From a virus: 64,000 nucleotides of DNA. The notes beneath the pieces are model-generated. The model saw only the letters and a list, made by a program, of their open reading frames with translations. It was not told where the DNA came from and did not search any database. Positions 19,044 through 27,827 of the stretch are shown one piece after another; position 1 is the first letter of the stretch; each line of letters begins with the position of its first letter. Location: IMG/VR virus record IMGVR_UViG_3300027971_000046, positions 9,080 to 73,079 of that record, one strand, 5' to 3'. A program made the translations under genes and the position numbers.

Positions 19044-20390
19044 ATGAAGACCGCTTCTTTCAACATGACCTCTTCCCAGTTCGCCTTTATCGCTGCTGTT
19101 CGTCCGCACCTCGCGGCGTTCGGCATCACTGCCAAGACTTCCTGCAATGGGCAGTCGGTGCAGTTCTCGCCCCTGTTCCGCGCCGCGCACAAGGCGGGCT
19201 ACGCTGCTGTTCCCGCGTGGTGCATGGACAAGACCCGCAAGTGTGGGCGTGGCGTGTACGCGCTGCCTGAACTCTTCGCGGACGATGCCGCGTTCACGAT
19301 CACCGAAGTGAAGCGTGGTCGCCCTGCGGGTGCAAAGACCGCGAAGCCCGTGAAGAGCGCGAAGCCGAAGACTGTCGCGGCTGTGGAGCCGAAGACTGTC
19401 GCGGCTCCTGCCGCGCAGGTCGAAGAGTGCAGCGCGGTTGCGCTCACTGCGGGTACGGACACCGTGAGCCTTGCGCGTCAGGTCACGCAGGGCGAGGCGG
19501 ACTCGTTCATTCCGTCCACCGACTCCAACTATGTGGCATGGGGTTACCACAGCGAAATCAAGGACATCGTGAAGAAGGGCATTTTCGCGCCCGTGTTCAT
19601 CACGGGTCTGAGCGGCAACGGTAAGACCACGATGGTGGAGCAGGTGTGCGCCTCGCTGAAGCGCGAGTGCATCCGCGTGAACTTCACCGCGCAGACGGAC
19701 GAAGACGAACTCATCGGTGGCTTCCGCCTCATCAACGGCGAAACCAAGTTCGTGCCTGGTCCCGTGCTTGTGGCGATGGAGCGCGGCGCGATCCTGCTGC
19801 TTGACGAGATCGACCTTGGTGGTCACCTCATCATGTGCTTGCAGTCCGTGCTTGAGGGCAAGGGCAAGTACATCCCGAAGATCGGCAAGTATGTGCGTCC
19901 TGCCAAGGGCTTCAATGTGTTCGCTACCGCGAACACGAAGGGCAAGGGCGACAACGAAGGTCGCTTTGTCGGCACGAACATGATGAACGAGGCGTTCCTT
20001 GAGCGTTTCGACTTCACCTACGAGCAGGACTACGCTTCCAACGCGGTGGAGAAGAAGATTCTCGCCAAGTACGCGGAGTCGCTTGGTGTGGACGAAGACG
20101 CTTTCATCGACAACCTTGTGTCGTGGGCTGACATCATCCGCAAGTCGTTCAAGCAGCAGGTGGTGAGCGAGATCATCACCACTCGCCGTCTGCTCCACAT
20201 CATCAAGGCGTTCTCCATCTTTGGCGACAAGATGAAGAGCATTGAGCGGTGCGTGGCGCGTTTCGATGAGGACACGAAGGAGTCGTTCCTCCAGTTCTAC
20301 ACGAAGGTGGACGCGGACGCGCAGCCCAAGCCGCAGGTGCAGGACGCGCCCACGGCGAAGTCCAATGACCCCAACGCTTGCCCGTTCTAA
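19044..20390 (+). CDS. MoxR/CobS-like AAA+ ATPase
   Basis: Walker A GLSGNGKT, Walker B LLLDEID, TANTKGKG, NEAFLERF, ITTRRL. Confidence 0.9.
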   Translation: MKTASFNMTSSQFAFIAAVRPHLAAFGITAKTSCNGQSVQFSPLFRAAHKAGYAAVPAWCMDKTRKCGRGVYALPELFADDAAFTITEVKRGRPAGAKTAKPVKSAKPKTVAAVEPKTVAAPAAQVEECSAVALTAGTDTVSLARQVTQGEADSFIPSTDSNYVAWGYHSEIKDIVKKGIFAPVFITGLSGNGKTTMVEQVCASLKRECIRVNFTAQTDEDELIGGFRLINGETKFVPGPVLVAMERGAILLLDEIDLGGHLIMCLQSVLEGKGKYIPKIGKYVRPAKGFNVFATANTKGKGDNEGRFVGTNMMNEAFLERFDFTYEQDYASNAVEKKILAKYAESLGVDEDAFIDNLVSWADIIRKSFKQQVVSEIITTRRLLHIIKAFSIFGDKMKSIERCVARFDEDTKESFLQFYTKVDADAQPKPQVQDAPTAKSNDPNACPF

Positions 20391-20404
20391 TAGGAGGCGC
20401 ACAC

Positions 20405-20725
20405 ATGGACGACACCTTCAAGGGCAGCATCGTGATACGGCACACGCCTAGCGGCAAAGTAGTGCCAGACCACAATCAGATCAAGATTGTGTTTCCCAAT
20501 CGGTACACGGTCAGCATCGTGTACGGCGCATCGGTGTACTCCACGAACCGCAGCGGTTCGCGGTTCGATCAAAAAATTCTTTCAGACGATTACGCTACGA
20601 GCGTAGAGATCGCCATCCTGAACCCCGAAGGGCTGTTCGTGCCCTTCAAGGACGGCGAAGACATCAAGGGATTCGTCCCGCTCACTGAACTGTTCGGCAT
20701 TCTCAACTGGGTTTCTACCCGCTAA
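20405..20725 (+). CDS. hypothetical protein
   Basis: AGGAGG RBS; FPNRYTVSIV...EIAIL pattern seen in small phage proteins. Confidence 0.65.
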   Translation: MDDTFKGSIVIRHTPSGKVVPDHNQIKIVFPNRYTVSIVYGASVYSTNRSGSRFDQKILSDDYATSVEIAILNPEGLFVPFKDGEDIKGFVPLTELFGILNWVSTR

Positions 20726-20734
20726 CACAAGGAA

Positions 20735-21121
20735 ATGACTTCAATGACTACCAACAACAACACGCTTCCCCTTCTCGCCTCTTACACCCCTGGTCAGATT
20801 GAATTCATCAAGTTTCTTCAGACGAATCGCGGCGCGCTGACGGTGTACGACACCTGCACCGTGAGCCGCAAGGACTTGGTGACCCTGCTGTCCAAGAGCG
20901 TGTATGTGGCTGTGCCCGCGTGGATCGCCGCTGCGAAGGCTCGTCGTGCGGGTCGCGGCAACTACTACATTCCTGAACTCCACGCAGAGATCGCCGCTCT
21001 CACTGTGAACACCAACAACCGCGGTCGCAAGGCAGGATCGCGCAACAAGAAGGGCGTGGTCGCCCCGCCCACCCCGCCGCAGACTCCCGCGCAGCCCCAG
21101 TTTGCCGCCACCACCGCCTAA
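20735..21121 (+). CDS. stand-alone paralog of the AAA ATPase N-terminal domain
   Basis: YVAVPAW...GRGNYYIPEL aligns by eye with YAAVPAW...GRGVYALPEL of the ATPase. Confidence 0.75.
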   Translation: MTSMTTNNNTLPLLASYTPGQIEFIKFLQTNRGALTVYDTCTVSRKDLVTLLSKSVYVAVPAWIAAAKARRAGRGNYYIPELHAEIAALTVNTNNRGRKAGSRNKKGVVAPPTPPQTPAQPQFAATTA

Positions 21122-21141
21122 TTTCTCAAAGGAACCACACA

Positions 21142-21372
21142 ATGGCACTCGGAACCATCACCATCAAGATTCTCCGCGCTCGGGTTGCGTGTCTCATGTC
21201 GGAAAACGCCGCTCTGCACCGCGAAAACAAGCGTCTCCGCGCTGCGTGTGAAGTGTTTGACTACAAGCCAGCCGCCGAAATCCCCGTGACCGACCCCACT
21301 GAACGGGACTACGGGCTTGGTGGAGACGAATGGATTGATTCGCGCAGCGGTCGGGACACCTGGCACTCGTAA
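21142..21372 (+). CDS. hypothetical protein
   Basis: RBS and operon position. Confidence 0.55.
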   Translation: MALGTITIKILRARVACLMSENAALHRENKRLRAACEVFDYKPAAEIPVTDPTERDYGLGGDEWIDSRSGRDTWHS

Positions 21373-21378
21373 AAATCA

Positions 21379-21452
21379 GTCCCTGTAACTCAGCAGGATA
21401 GAGTAGCCGCCTTCTAAGTGGCAAGTCAGTGGTTCGAATCCACTCAGGGACG
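21379..21452 (+). tRNA. tRNA-Arg(TCT)
   Basis: GTCCCTG/CAGGGAC acceptor stem, GCCGC-CTTCTAA-GTGGC anticodon arm, GGTTCGAATCC. Confidence 0.92.
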
Positions 21453-21466
21453 CTAGAAACACGAAA

Positions 21467-21676
21467 ATGAACGCAAATTACGCAACAATTCGCAACGGAG
21501 TAGTGCTGCTGTGGCGCAGTGGGTGGAATTCACCCCTCTGCACGGTGTGTCGGGACGCGCAAAACGCTCAAGTCTACGGCAATGAACTCGTAGTAGCGTT
21601 CCGAAACGGCTCCACCACGGTTTTTCGCATTACTCCGAACGGTTCCAACGCATTTCCTGTCCGCACTACTCGCTAA
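21467..21676 (+). CDS. hypothetical protein
   Basis: 69 aa ORF after the tRNA. Confidence 0.55.
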   Translation: MNANYATIRNGVVLLWRSGWNSPLCTVCRDAQNAQVYGNELVVAFRNGSTTVFRITPNGSNAFPVRTTR

Positions 21677-21689
21677 AAGAGAAAAAATC

Positions 21690-21854
21690 ATGCCCCGACT
21701 CGCCGTGCTTGAATGTGACCTCCGTGACGACACCATTAATTGGGCGGAATTCGATAATTCCATCCGCTCGGACGCTGATCCGCGTGAAATCCGCCGCCCC
21801 ACTGACGAAGACGAGTGGGAAGACGAGGATGACAGCGACAACGACCGCCGCTAA
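21690..21854 (+). CDS. small acidic protein
   Basis: MPRLAVLECDLRDDTINWAEFDNSIRSDADPREIRRPTDEDEWEDEDDSDNDRR, read manually (54 aa). Confidence 0.5.
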   Translation: MPRLAVLECDLRDDTINWAEFDNSIRSDADPREIRRPTDEDEWEDEDDSDNDRR

Positions 21855-21867
21855 TCACTAAACTCTT

Positions 21868-21940
21868 GGCACTGTAGCCCAATGGCAGAGGCATTCGACT
21901 CAAAATCGAACTAGTGTGGGTTCGACTCCCACCAGTGCTA
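21868..21940 (+). tRNA. tRNA-Leu(CAA), short variable loop
   Basis: GGCACTG/CAGTGCT acceptor stem, TTCGA-CTCAAAA-TCGAA anticodon arm, GGTTCGACTCC. Confidence 0.88.
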
Positions 21941-21950
21941 CTAAAAAACT

Positions 21951-22271
21951 ATGAAAACTCACGAATTCCGCAACACCGTAGCCAAGCACCGCTGCCACCG
22001 CTTTGTCACCCTCATGCAGCCGTACAGCCAGGGACGCACCACTGTGACCTTCCACTACGATCCCGATGGCGCGTTTGCATTCGTGTGGCTCACTGCCACT
22101 AGCGCGGACGGCAAGCCCGTGTATGTGTCTGATGGGCACTACGCGCTAGAGAGCGACTGGCATATCTCCCTGTTCACTGAGAACGCACGGCGCGTGTGGG
22201 GTGATCTGCGCTCAGAGGGATGGGTAGAGATTGCACAGGGCAGCATTGGTGCGCCTGTGAGTACTAAATAA
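21951..22271 (+). CDS. hypothetical protein with ARxxWxxLxxxGW motif
   Basis: 106 aa ORF. Confidence 0.6.
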   Translation: MKTHEFRNTVAKHRCHRFVTLMQPYSQGRTTVTFHYDPDGAFAFVWLTATSADGKPVYVSDGHYALESDWHISLFTENARRVWGDLRSEGWVEIAQGSIGAPVSTK

Positions 22272-22311
22272 ATCGTAGCCGTGTGGGATTCGTCCCGTGC
22301 ATCGCTACAAC

Positions 22312-22350
22312 GCCCCTGTCCGCCTACGCACGGACAGGGGCTTTTTTTAT
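22312..22350 (+). terminator. intrinsic terminator
   Basis: GCCCCTGTCCG/CGGACAGGGGC stem followed by T-run. Confidence 0.8.
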
Positions 22351-22453
22351 TTCTACACCGCGTACTCCCCCGCACAACGCAGTCGGACAACAGTGCCAGG
22401 CGAAACCGTGGGGGGTTTAGTGGGCGCGTTAGCACCTCAACCCAAAATCCTCA

Positions 22454-22585
22454 AATCGCATTTCAAAAAATCACGGTGGGACTCCACCCTACCATACTTT
22501 TCAAATATTCACCGTGGGGTTTCCACCCCACCCAAGTTTTCAAATATTGGGTTCCCATACGCCCCTCCCACACTTTTCAAATATT
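22454..22585 (+). repeat. iteron-like repeat array, period about 38 bp, core TTTTCAAATATT
   Basis: cores end at 22509, 22548 and 22585, with a degenerate copy ending 22471. Confidence 0.75.
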
Positions 22586-22814
22586 GGAGCCTCCCCTTGG
22601 AGCCTCCCCGTGCCGCCTTCCCGCCCACGCGCCCCTGTGCCGCCTGTAGCCCCGTGCAGCCCCGTACAGCCTCCCCACGCCACACCGAAACGCTTACAGC
22701 CACACCGAAACCCTTACCACACGCCCCCCATATCCCGAAACGCTTACGGATTGAAATATGGAAGAATGGGCACACGGGTCTTGACCTCTCCACCCCATAC
22801 CGTATACTTGGGGT

Positions 22815-22949
22815 ATGAAAGAGCAATTCCTGTTTAGTTGGGTTTTACCTGCCACCGCAGCAATCACCGCGCTGCTCCTGTTTGTGCTGCTGCTGAGTGT
22901 GGTGTGGGACTACATGAGCGCAGAAGGAGGAAGCCGCCGTGAACGCTGA
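22815..22949 (+). CDS. small membrane protein (leaderless)
   Basis: MKEQFLFSWVLPATAAITALLLFVLLLSVVWDYMSAEGGSRRER after TTGACC-N16-TATACT. Confidence 0.55.
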   Translation: MKEQFLFSWVLPATAAITALLLFVLLLSVVWDYMSAEGGSRRER

Positions 22950-23340
22950 TCCCTCTCAACAGGTGCAGTCCTATGCGTTTCGTTCCCGCTACGGTGTGCT
23001 GCGGTCGCTGTCCCCGTGTGGATGGGGTGATGACGGCTACCGCCACTACATTGTGGACGGTGTGTCTGCGTATGTGCGCGGCGGCGAGGGCATGATTGAT
23101 TTTGAGGGCGGACCGTTTGTCCACACAGGTGAATTTATTAATCCCGAATCTCCTCAACCCGTGTACTTGGTGGAGTGCTTGGGCGCGTTCCCGTGCATTG
23201 GCGCGGATGAAATCATTGTGGGCGTGGAGTGGGTGGACGGCGAGAGCGCGGCGCGGCTTCGCCGCGCCTCCCTATATTCCAAGGCGGACGGACACTACTA
23301 CGCACACATTTGGACGCGGCGCGTATCTGACAACTCGTAA
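22939..23340 (+). CDS. hypothetical protein
   Basis: GGAGG RBS; IDFEGGPF motif. Confidence 0.6.
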   Translation: MNADPSQQVQSYAFRSRYGVLRSLSPCGWGDDGYRHYIVDGVSAYVRGGEGMIDFEGGPFVHTGEFINPESPQPVYLVECLGAFPCIGADEIIVGVEWVDGESAARLRRASLYSKADGHYYAHIWTRRVSDNS

Positions 23341-23397
23341 CACTTTTTAGGTGATGGCTGCGGTGTTTGCCCGTTCTCGCAACCGAAAGGCTTAAAT

Positions 23398-23718
23398 ATG
23401 GACTCACAACACACTTGGGATTTTCGCGTACTGCAACACGACGGATTTTACGCTGTTCACGAAGTGTACTACACAGACGGCGTGGCAACCACCTGCTCGC
23501 TTGACCCCATTCAGATTATGGGTGATGACTTGAGCGATCTGCGGGGCGAACTCAACCTCATGGCAGAAGCGTTCAGCAAGCCTGTTCTGGCGTACAGTGA
23601 TTTTGTAAACACCACAATTGGAGACTCACATGAAGAAGTCACGGAAATCACCGAAGAAGACCGCGCCGAAGGCAACGCCAACAATGCCGCGTTCCGCGCC
23701 CACCCAAACGGCGGCTGA
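23398..23718 (+). CDS. conserved small phage protein
   Basis: WDFRVL...VHEVYY...AFSKPVL motif. Confidence 0.65.
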   Translation: MDSQHTWDFRVLQHDGFYAVHEVYYTDGVATTCSLDPIQIMGDDLSDLRGELNLMAEAFSKPVLAYSDFVNTTIGDSHEEVTEITEEDRAEGNANNAAFRAHPNGG

Positions 23719-23944
23719 ACTGGCGGCTGAAAACGCCGCGCTCCGCGCACAACTACAGGAACAGGAAGAAGTAGCGTTCTACTGTTGGGCGCGACTGGTG
23801 GACTATGACGGGTACTACAATCCGCAGACCCGCAAGGGGGATGTGGAAGGGCTTGCACGAATCATTGATGATGTGCTTGAAACCCTCAAGACAGGAAAGA
23901 CTCCCATGCAGCGACTGGAGGAATCCGATGAGCCAATCCTTTGA
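23630..23944 (+). CDS. hypothetical protein
   Basis: GGAG RBS; overlaps the upstream ORF. Confidence 0.55.
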   Translation: MKKSRKSPKKTAPKATPTMPRSAPTQTAAELAAENAALRAQLQEQEEVAFYCWARLVDYDGYYNPQTRKGDVEGLARIIDDVLETLKTGKTPMQRLEESDEPIL

Positions 23945-24170
23945 CAGCCTGGTGCGCGAGATTGCCGCGCTGCGAACACAGTGCGAAGAGTTTCGTGTTC
24001 GCAACGAAATGCTACAGTACCACTTGGATCGTGAACGCCGCGCAGTGCGGGAACTAGAGCGCGAACTTCAGGAGTACTACGGAGTACGGGGTGTTCGCAC
24101 TCCTGATTTTTCACTCCCTGAATACGATCCCCCCGCGCCGCTTGGGTGGGGCAAGGACAAGGACGAATGA
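23928..24170 (+). CDS. coiled-coil hypothetical protein
   Basis: GGAGG RBS before MSQSFD. Confidence 0.55.
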   Translation: MSQSFDSLVREIAALRTQCEEFRVRNEMLQYHLDRERRAVRELERELQEYYGVRGVRTPDFSLPEYDPPAPLGWGKDKDE

Positions 24171-24568
24171 ACGCACCACCACAGGCACAATACGCCATCC
24201 ACCGCATCACGGACGCGAACAGCAACGAGTGGAGTTTCCTTGTGTACTCCGCAGCGTGTCCTGATGTGCTTGTGGAGGCACGACCACAACGCCCCACCAA
24301 TACAGGCTTTCCGTTTATGTGGGTGCATCAGATGGTTTTCAGCAACGCACTGCTGAGACAGTTGCCATCGGGCGCGAGATACGCAGAGTACGAACGCGCC
24401 ACGCTGTTCAAGAACAAATACCCTGAAGTCATTGCATTCAGCCGTGATGACGCGGTAACCGACACCATGACGGTGGGCATTCGTATTACATTCAACCGCG
24501 ACAACACCGTGCGGTTAGCCAAGAGCGATGCGCGGCTGCTGTGGGAGCGTCTGTCCGCTGCGCGATAA
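24167..24568 (+). CDS. hypothetical protein
   Basis: ATGA overlap with the upstream gene. Confidence 0.55.
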   Translation: MNAPPQAQYAIHRITDANSNEWSFLVYSAACPDVLVEARPQRPTNTGFPFMWVHQMVFSNALLRQLPSGARYAEYERATLFKNKYPEVIAFSRDDAVTDTMTVGIRITFNRDNTVRLAKSDARLLWERLSAAR

Positions 24569-24577
24569 ATACGGGCG

Positions 24578-25339
24578 ATGCACTACCGCGCTGTTTTCAT
24601 TTCCGATATGCACCTTGCTTCCAAAAAAGCAAAAGCCAAACCACTGAATGATTTTTTAAAGCACAACACATTTGAAACCATTTATTTGGTGGGCGATGTG
24701 ATTGACATTTGGCGATTCAAGCAAGCGTTTGCCATGTCGGCGGAAAAACAAAACGAGCATCTAGAGGTGGTGGAGCGGCTACTGAAACACGCCCGTAAGG
24801 GAACGGCAGTGCATTATATTTGGGGCAACCACGATGAGTTCATGGCAAAGTTCCGTGGACACCAAATATTCGGATCGGTGTCGCTGCACGAACGCATGGA
24901 TCACACCACCGCGAACGGCACACGATTTCTTGTGCTGCACGGACACCAGTTTGATCTGCTCACCAAGTATCCCGTTTCAGGCTTTATCTACAAAGCAGGA
25001 GACTGGGCATACGAGGTGCTGCTTAATATTAATGAAGCGTTTAATTGGTGCAGACGCGCAATTGGTATGCGCTACTGGAGCGTGTCCAAGTACATCAAGG
25101 TGAAAGTAAAGCGGGCTACTCAATTCATTGAAAGTTTTGAGTCCGTGGTGTGCCGCTATGCCAAGGAGCGCGGATACAGTGGTGTGATCTGCGGACACCT
25201 GCACGATCCCAAAATCAAAAGCGTGGACGGAATCGTGTACGCCAACTGTGGGTGCTGGACTGAAAAAGACAACTGCACCTTTCTGTACGAAGACGAGAAC
25301 GGCTGTTTGAAAGTAGGCTCGTATGCGAGAACTCATTGA
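24578..25339 (+). CDS. calcineurin-like metallophosphoesterase, LpxH-like family
   Basis: ISDMHL, LVGDVID, GNHD, HGHQFD, CGHLH, NCGCW motifs. Confidence 0.85.
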   Translation: MHYRAVFISDMHLASKKAKAKPLNDFLKHNTFETIYLVGDVIDIWRFKQAFAMSAEKQNEHLEVVERLLKHARKGTAVHYIWGNHDEFMAKFRGHQIFGSVSLHERMDHTTANGTRFLVLHGHQFDLLTKYPVSGFIYKAGDWAYEVLLNINEAFNWCRRAIGMRYWSVSKYIKVKVKRATQFIESFESVVCRYAKERGYSGVICGHLHDPKIKSVDGIVYANCGCWTEKDNCTFLYEDENGCLKVGSYARTH

Positions 25340-25493
25340 CAATGCACGGGATACGGTGATCCTGTGCGTGTGTATTGCAATCATCACACCCATCATGCTG
25401 TTTGGCACGGTGGAAGGCATGATACGGCGGTGGTTCACCAAAGAGTCCAGAACAGGCTGTTGAGATTAATAAATAGTGCATGGAGGATTGCTC

Positions 25494-26012
25494 ATGCGCT
25501 TTAGATCAAATCAGTATCGTCATATCACCGAAGCCACCAGTAGTGGAGTGGAGGGCGACTACGAGGGCGAGATGTCCCGTAGCGAACTCAAGTCCACCAT
25601 TGCCAACTGCAAAGAACTGCTTGACATGATTGGCGAGGACGACGAGATTGAAGCGTGGGTGCAGTCCAAGATCACCAAGGCAGCAGACTACATTTCAAGC
25701 GTTCGCAACTACATGGTGGGCGACACCGTGAACGAAGCCGTGGGTGCATGGCAGCGCAAGGAAGGCAAGAACCCCGAGGGCGGATTGAACAAGAAGGGCG
25801 TGGCTTCGTACCGCCGCGAGAATCCAGGCTCCAAACTGCAAACAGCAGTCACTACGAAGCCATCCAAACTGAAGCCAGGCTCCAAGAGCGCAAATCGCCG
25901 CAAGTCGTTCTGCTCACGCATGAAGGGCATGAAGGCTAAACTCACCTCCGCAGAGACTGCGCGTGACCCTGATTCGCGCATCAACAAATCTTTGCGAAAA
26001 TGGAACTGCTAG
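25494..26012 (+). CDS. probable head-associated protein (DUF6321-like C-terminus)
   Basis: EAWVQSKITKAADY and WQRKEGKNPEGGLN...RRKSFC...SLRKWNC modules of T4-like phages; TAAATA upstream. Confidence 0.75.
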   Translation: MRFRSNQYRHITEATSSGVEGDYEGEMSRSELKSTIANCKELLDMIGEDDEIEAWVQSKITKAADYISSVRNYMVGDTVNEAVGAWQRKEGKNPEGGLNKKGVASYRRENPGSKLQTAVTTKPSKLKPGSKSANRRKSFCSRMKGMKAKLTSAETARDPDSRINKSLRKWNC

Positions 26013-26039
26013 TAAGTTCCCGCGTACTAAATACTTGTG

Positions 26040-26156
26040 TCATCGGGCGGTGGTCGTAGGACAGTGCGAACTGGATTACGCTACTCATGCGTTGCGGGAA
26101 CTTCGCTACCTGTTGACCGTCAGAGAGGGGAGCCGCAAGGCTCCCCTTTCGCTTTT
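26040..26156 (+). ncRNA. candidate small structured RNA
   Basis: CTAAATA promoter, imperfect rod-like fold, GGGGAGCC-GCAA-GGCTCCCC terminator. Confidence 0.4.
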
Positions 26157-26270
26157 AAATATACCCGTGAAGAATTCAAACTGAATACTTCATACCGCTC
26201 ACCCAATTTGTGAGAGACTAGATATAGCACCCCCTCAATTCCGAGGGGATTTTTGAAAAGGAGAGTCTTA

Positions 26271-27014
26271 ATGAAGACACTACTCACATCTCTGGCAGCC
26301 GCATCGGTTGCCGCCTCTGCTGCTGCTCAAGACGCAAAGCCTGTTGCTCCTGCGTCTGCGCCACTCTTCAGTGATATCACCCTCACAGAAAATGTTGGCG
26401 TGTACGACAAGAAGGGTGACACCAGCACTGTTGCTGCTCTGAACACCCTGCTTGGTGTAAAGGCTATTGGACTTGACTGGCACTTGCTTGCGCCCGTCTA
26501 TGTGTCTGATGCCAGTGGTTACGGCAGCATTGAACTCGGCACTTCGTGGGATGCACTCAAGGACGCGGCGTTCCTTGGCAGCAAGACCACGGTGAGTGTT
26601 GAGGGTGGTCTGTGGATGCCTACTGGCTCTGCAAACTACGAGAACACGGAACTTGCTCCCCACATTGGCGCGGCTGCACTGATGAACTGGGGCGAGTGGT
26701 CTTTCAATCAGACCTTTGACTGGCGTTTCGTGACGGGTTCCATGTACGACCCGCTGCTTGACCGCTTCTCCACCGATCTTGCCACGGCTGTTTCTAGCCT
26801 GGACTACAAGTGGAGCGATACCGTGAAGTTTGGTGTTGATTTCGGTCAGTACTATTTTGTTGACGGCGGCGGCACGGTTCTTGTTACTCCCAATGTGGAG
26901 TGGACCCCCGCGCAGTCCGTGGTTGTGTCTGGCGGCGTGGGCGTTCCTGTTTGGCAGGATCTCGCTGTTGAGAACAACCTTGTTGTGAATGCTGGCGTTT
27001 CGTTCAAGTTCTAA
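26271..27014 (+). CDS. outer-membrane beta-barrel protein with signal peptide
   Basis: Ala-rich signal peptide (ASAAAQ), amphipathic beta strands, C-terminal GVSFKF. Confidence 0.75.
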   Translation: MKTLLTSLAAASVAASAAAQDAKPVAPASAPLFSDITLTENVGVYDKKGDTSTVAALNTLLGVKAIGLDWHLLAPVYVSDASGYGSIELGTSWDALKDAAFLGSKTTVSVEGGLWMPTGSANYENTELAPHIGAAALMNWGEWSFNQTFDWRFVTGSMYDPLLDRFSTDLATAVSSLDYKWSDTVKFGVDFGQYYFVDGGGTVLVTPNVEWTPAQSVVVSGGVGVPVWQDLAVENNLVVNAGVSFKF

Positions 27015-27034
27015 TTATAAAAGGAGATACTACT

Positions 27035-27202
27035 ATGGCTACTACCACTAATACCGTCAAGTCCTGCCCCGTCACTGGTTCTTTCTCGTGGAAGAACCCC
27101 CTTCATCTGGTTGCATTCTTTGCAGTGCTTCCGTTTGCCATCAAGGGCGCAGTGTTCCTCTACCATGCTGTAGAGAACGCAGTCGGCACACTCGTTAAGT
27201 AA
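27035..27202 (+). CDS. small membrane protein
   Basis: AAGGAG RBS; MATTTNTVKSCPVTGSFSWKNPLHLVAFFAVLPFAIKG...; hairpin terminator follows. Confidence 0.6.
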   Translation: MATTTNTVKSCPVTGSFSWKNPLHLVAFFAVLPFAIKGAVFLYHAVENAVGTLVK

Positions 27203-27312
27203 TTCTCTTAACGACTTAATTTCTGAAGAAGAGGGCGAAAGCCCTCTTTTTCATTTGCACTAAAATATTCGTGGGGCTTGCATCCGTGATGGGATGCTGT
27301 ATACTTTGGGAT

Positions 27313-27825
27313 ATGAACGAAACACACAAGCCATCCATTCTTGCATCACAGCACTACTTGTATGAAGTTTCAGGGCAAGCAGTGGTGGGTTACTTTCCGT
27401 GGCGTGAATCCGTGATCGTGGTGGAGTTTGATGCGTCCCGTGGTGCGTCCCGTGGTGAGTGCGTTGATCCTGATTACATCCGACACAACAGCAGTGTGCG
27501 ATTGAAGTCGGTGGAAGAAGCACGGCGTGATTGGATTTGGCGTGAGCGCAACACCGACGATACACATTCGCTACAGTGGTGCCGTGTGCTTGCGATTCCA
27601 AATTTCTCCGAAATTGAAGGGCATCTGAGGATTGTGTGCATTGGACTCGCCATTGGGTTCCGCGACCAAGAGGAAGCGCGTATTGGTCGCCAACAGCAGT
27701 CGGCAACCAACACAGAAACCTTTACCACTGTATTGGACAGAATCATCAAGCAGATGAAGGTGGAAGACAAAACTTCCCCTGTCATCGCAGAATACCCCAA
27801 CTACAACTACGCAATGGAGGCTTGA
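27313..27825 (+). CDS. hypothetical protein (leaderless)
   Basis: TTGCAT-N16-TATACT, then ATG 7 nt later. Confidence 0.55.
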   Translation: MNETHKPSILASQHYLYEVSGQAVVGYFPWRESVIVVEFDASRGASRGECVDPDYIRHNSSVRLKSVEEARRDWIWRERNTDDTHSLQWCRVLAIPNFSEIEGHLRIVCIGLAIGFRDQEEARIGRQQQSATNTETFTTVLDRIIKQMKVEDKTSPVIAEYPNYNYAMEA

Positions 27826-27827
27826 AC

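Noticed and set aside
16429-20402. Long minus-strand ORFs (473 aa twice)
   Set aside because: Antisense shadows of the strongly codon-biased VWA and AAA genes.
22454-22585. Possible mini-CRISPR array
   Set aside because: The repeat core is only 12-18 bp, the period is about 38 bp, the spacers resemble each other, and no cas genes are present; treated as iteron-like.
22281-22837. Overlapping ORFs of 105-173 aa
   Set aside because: Pro-rich translations of a C-rich repeat region that also span a terminator; probably non-coding.
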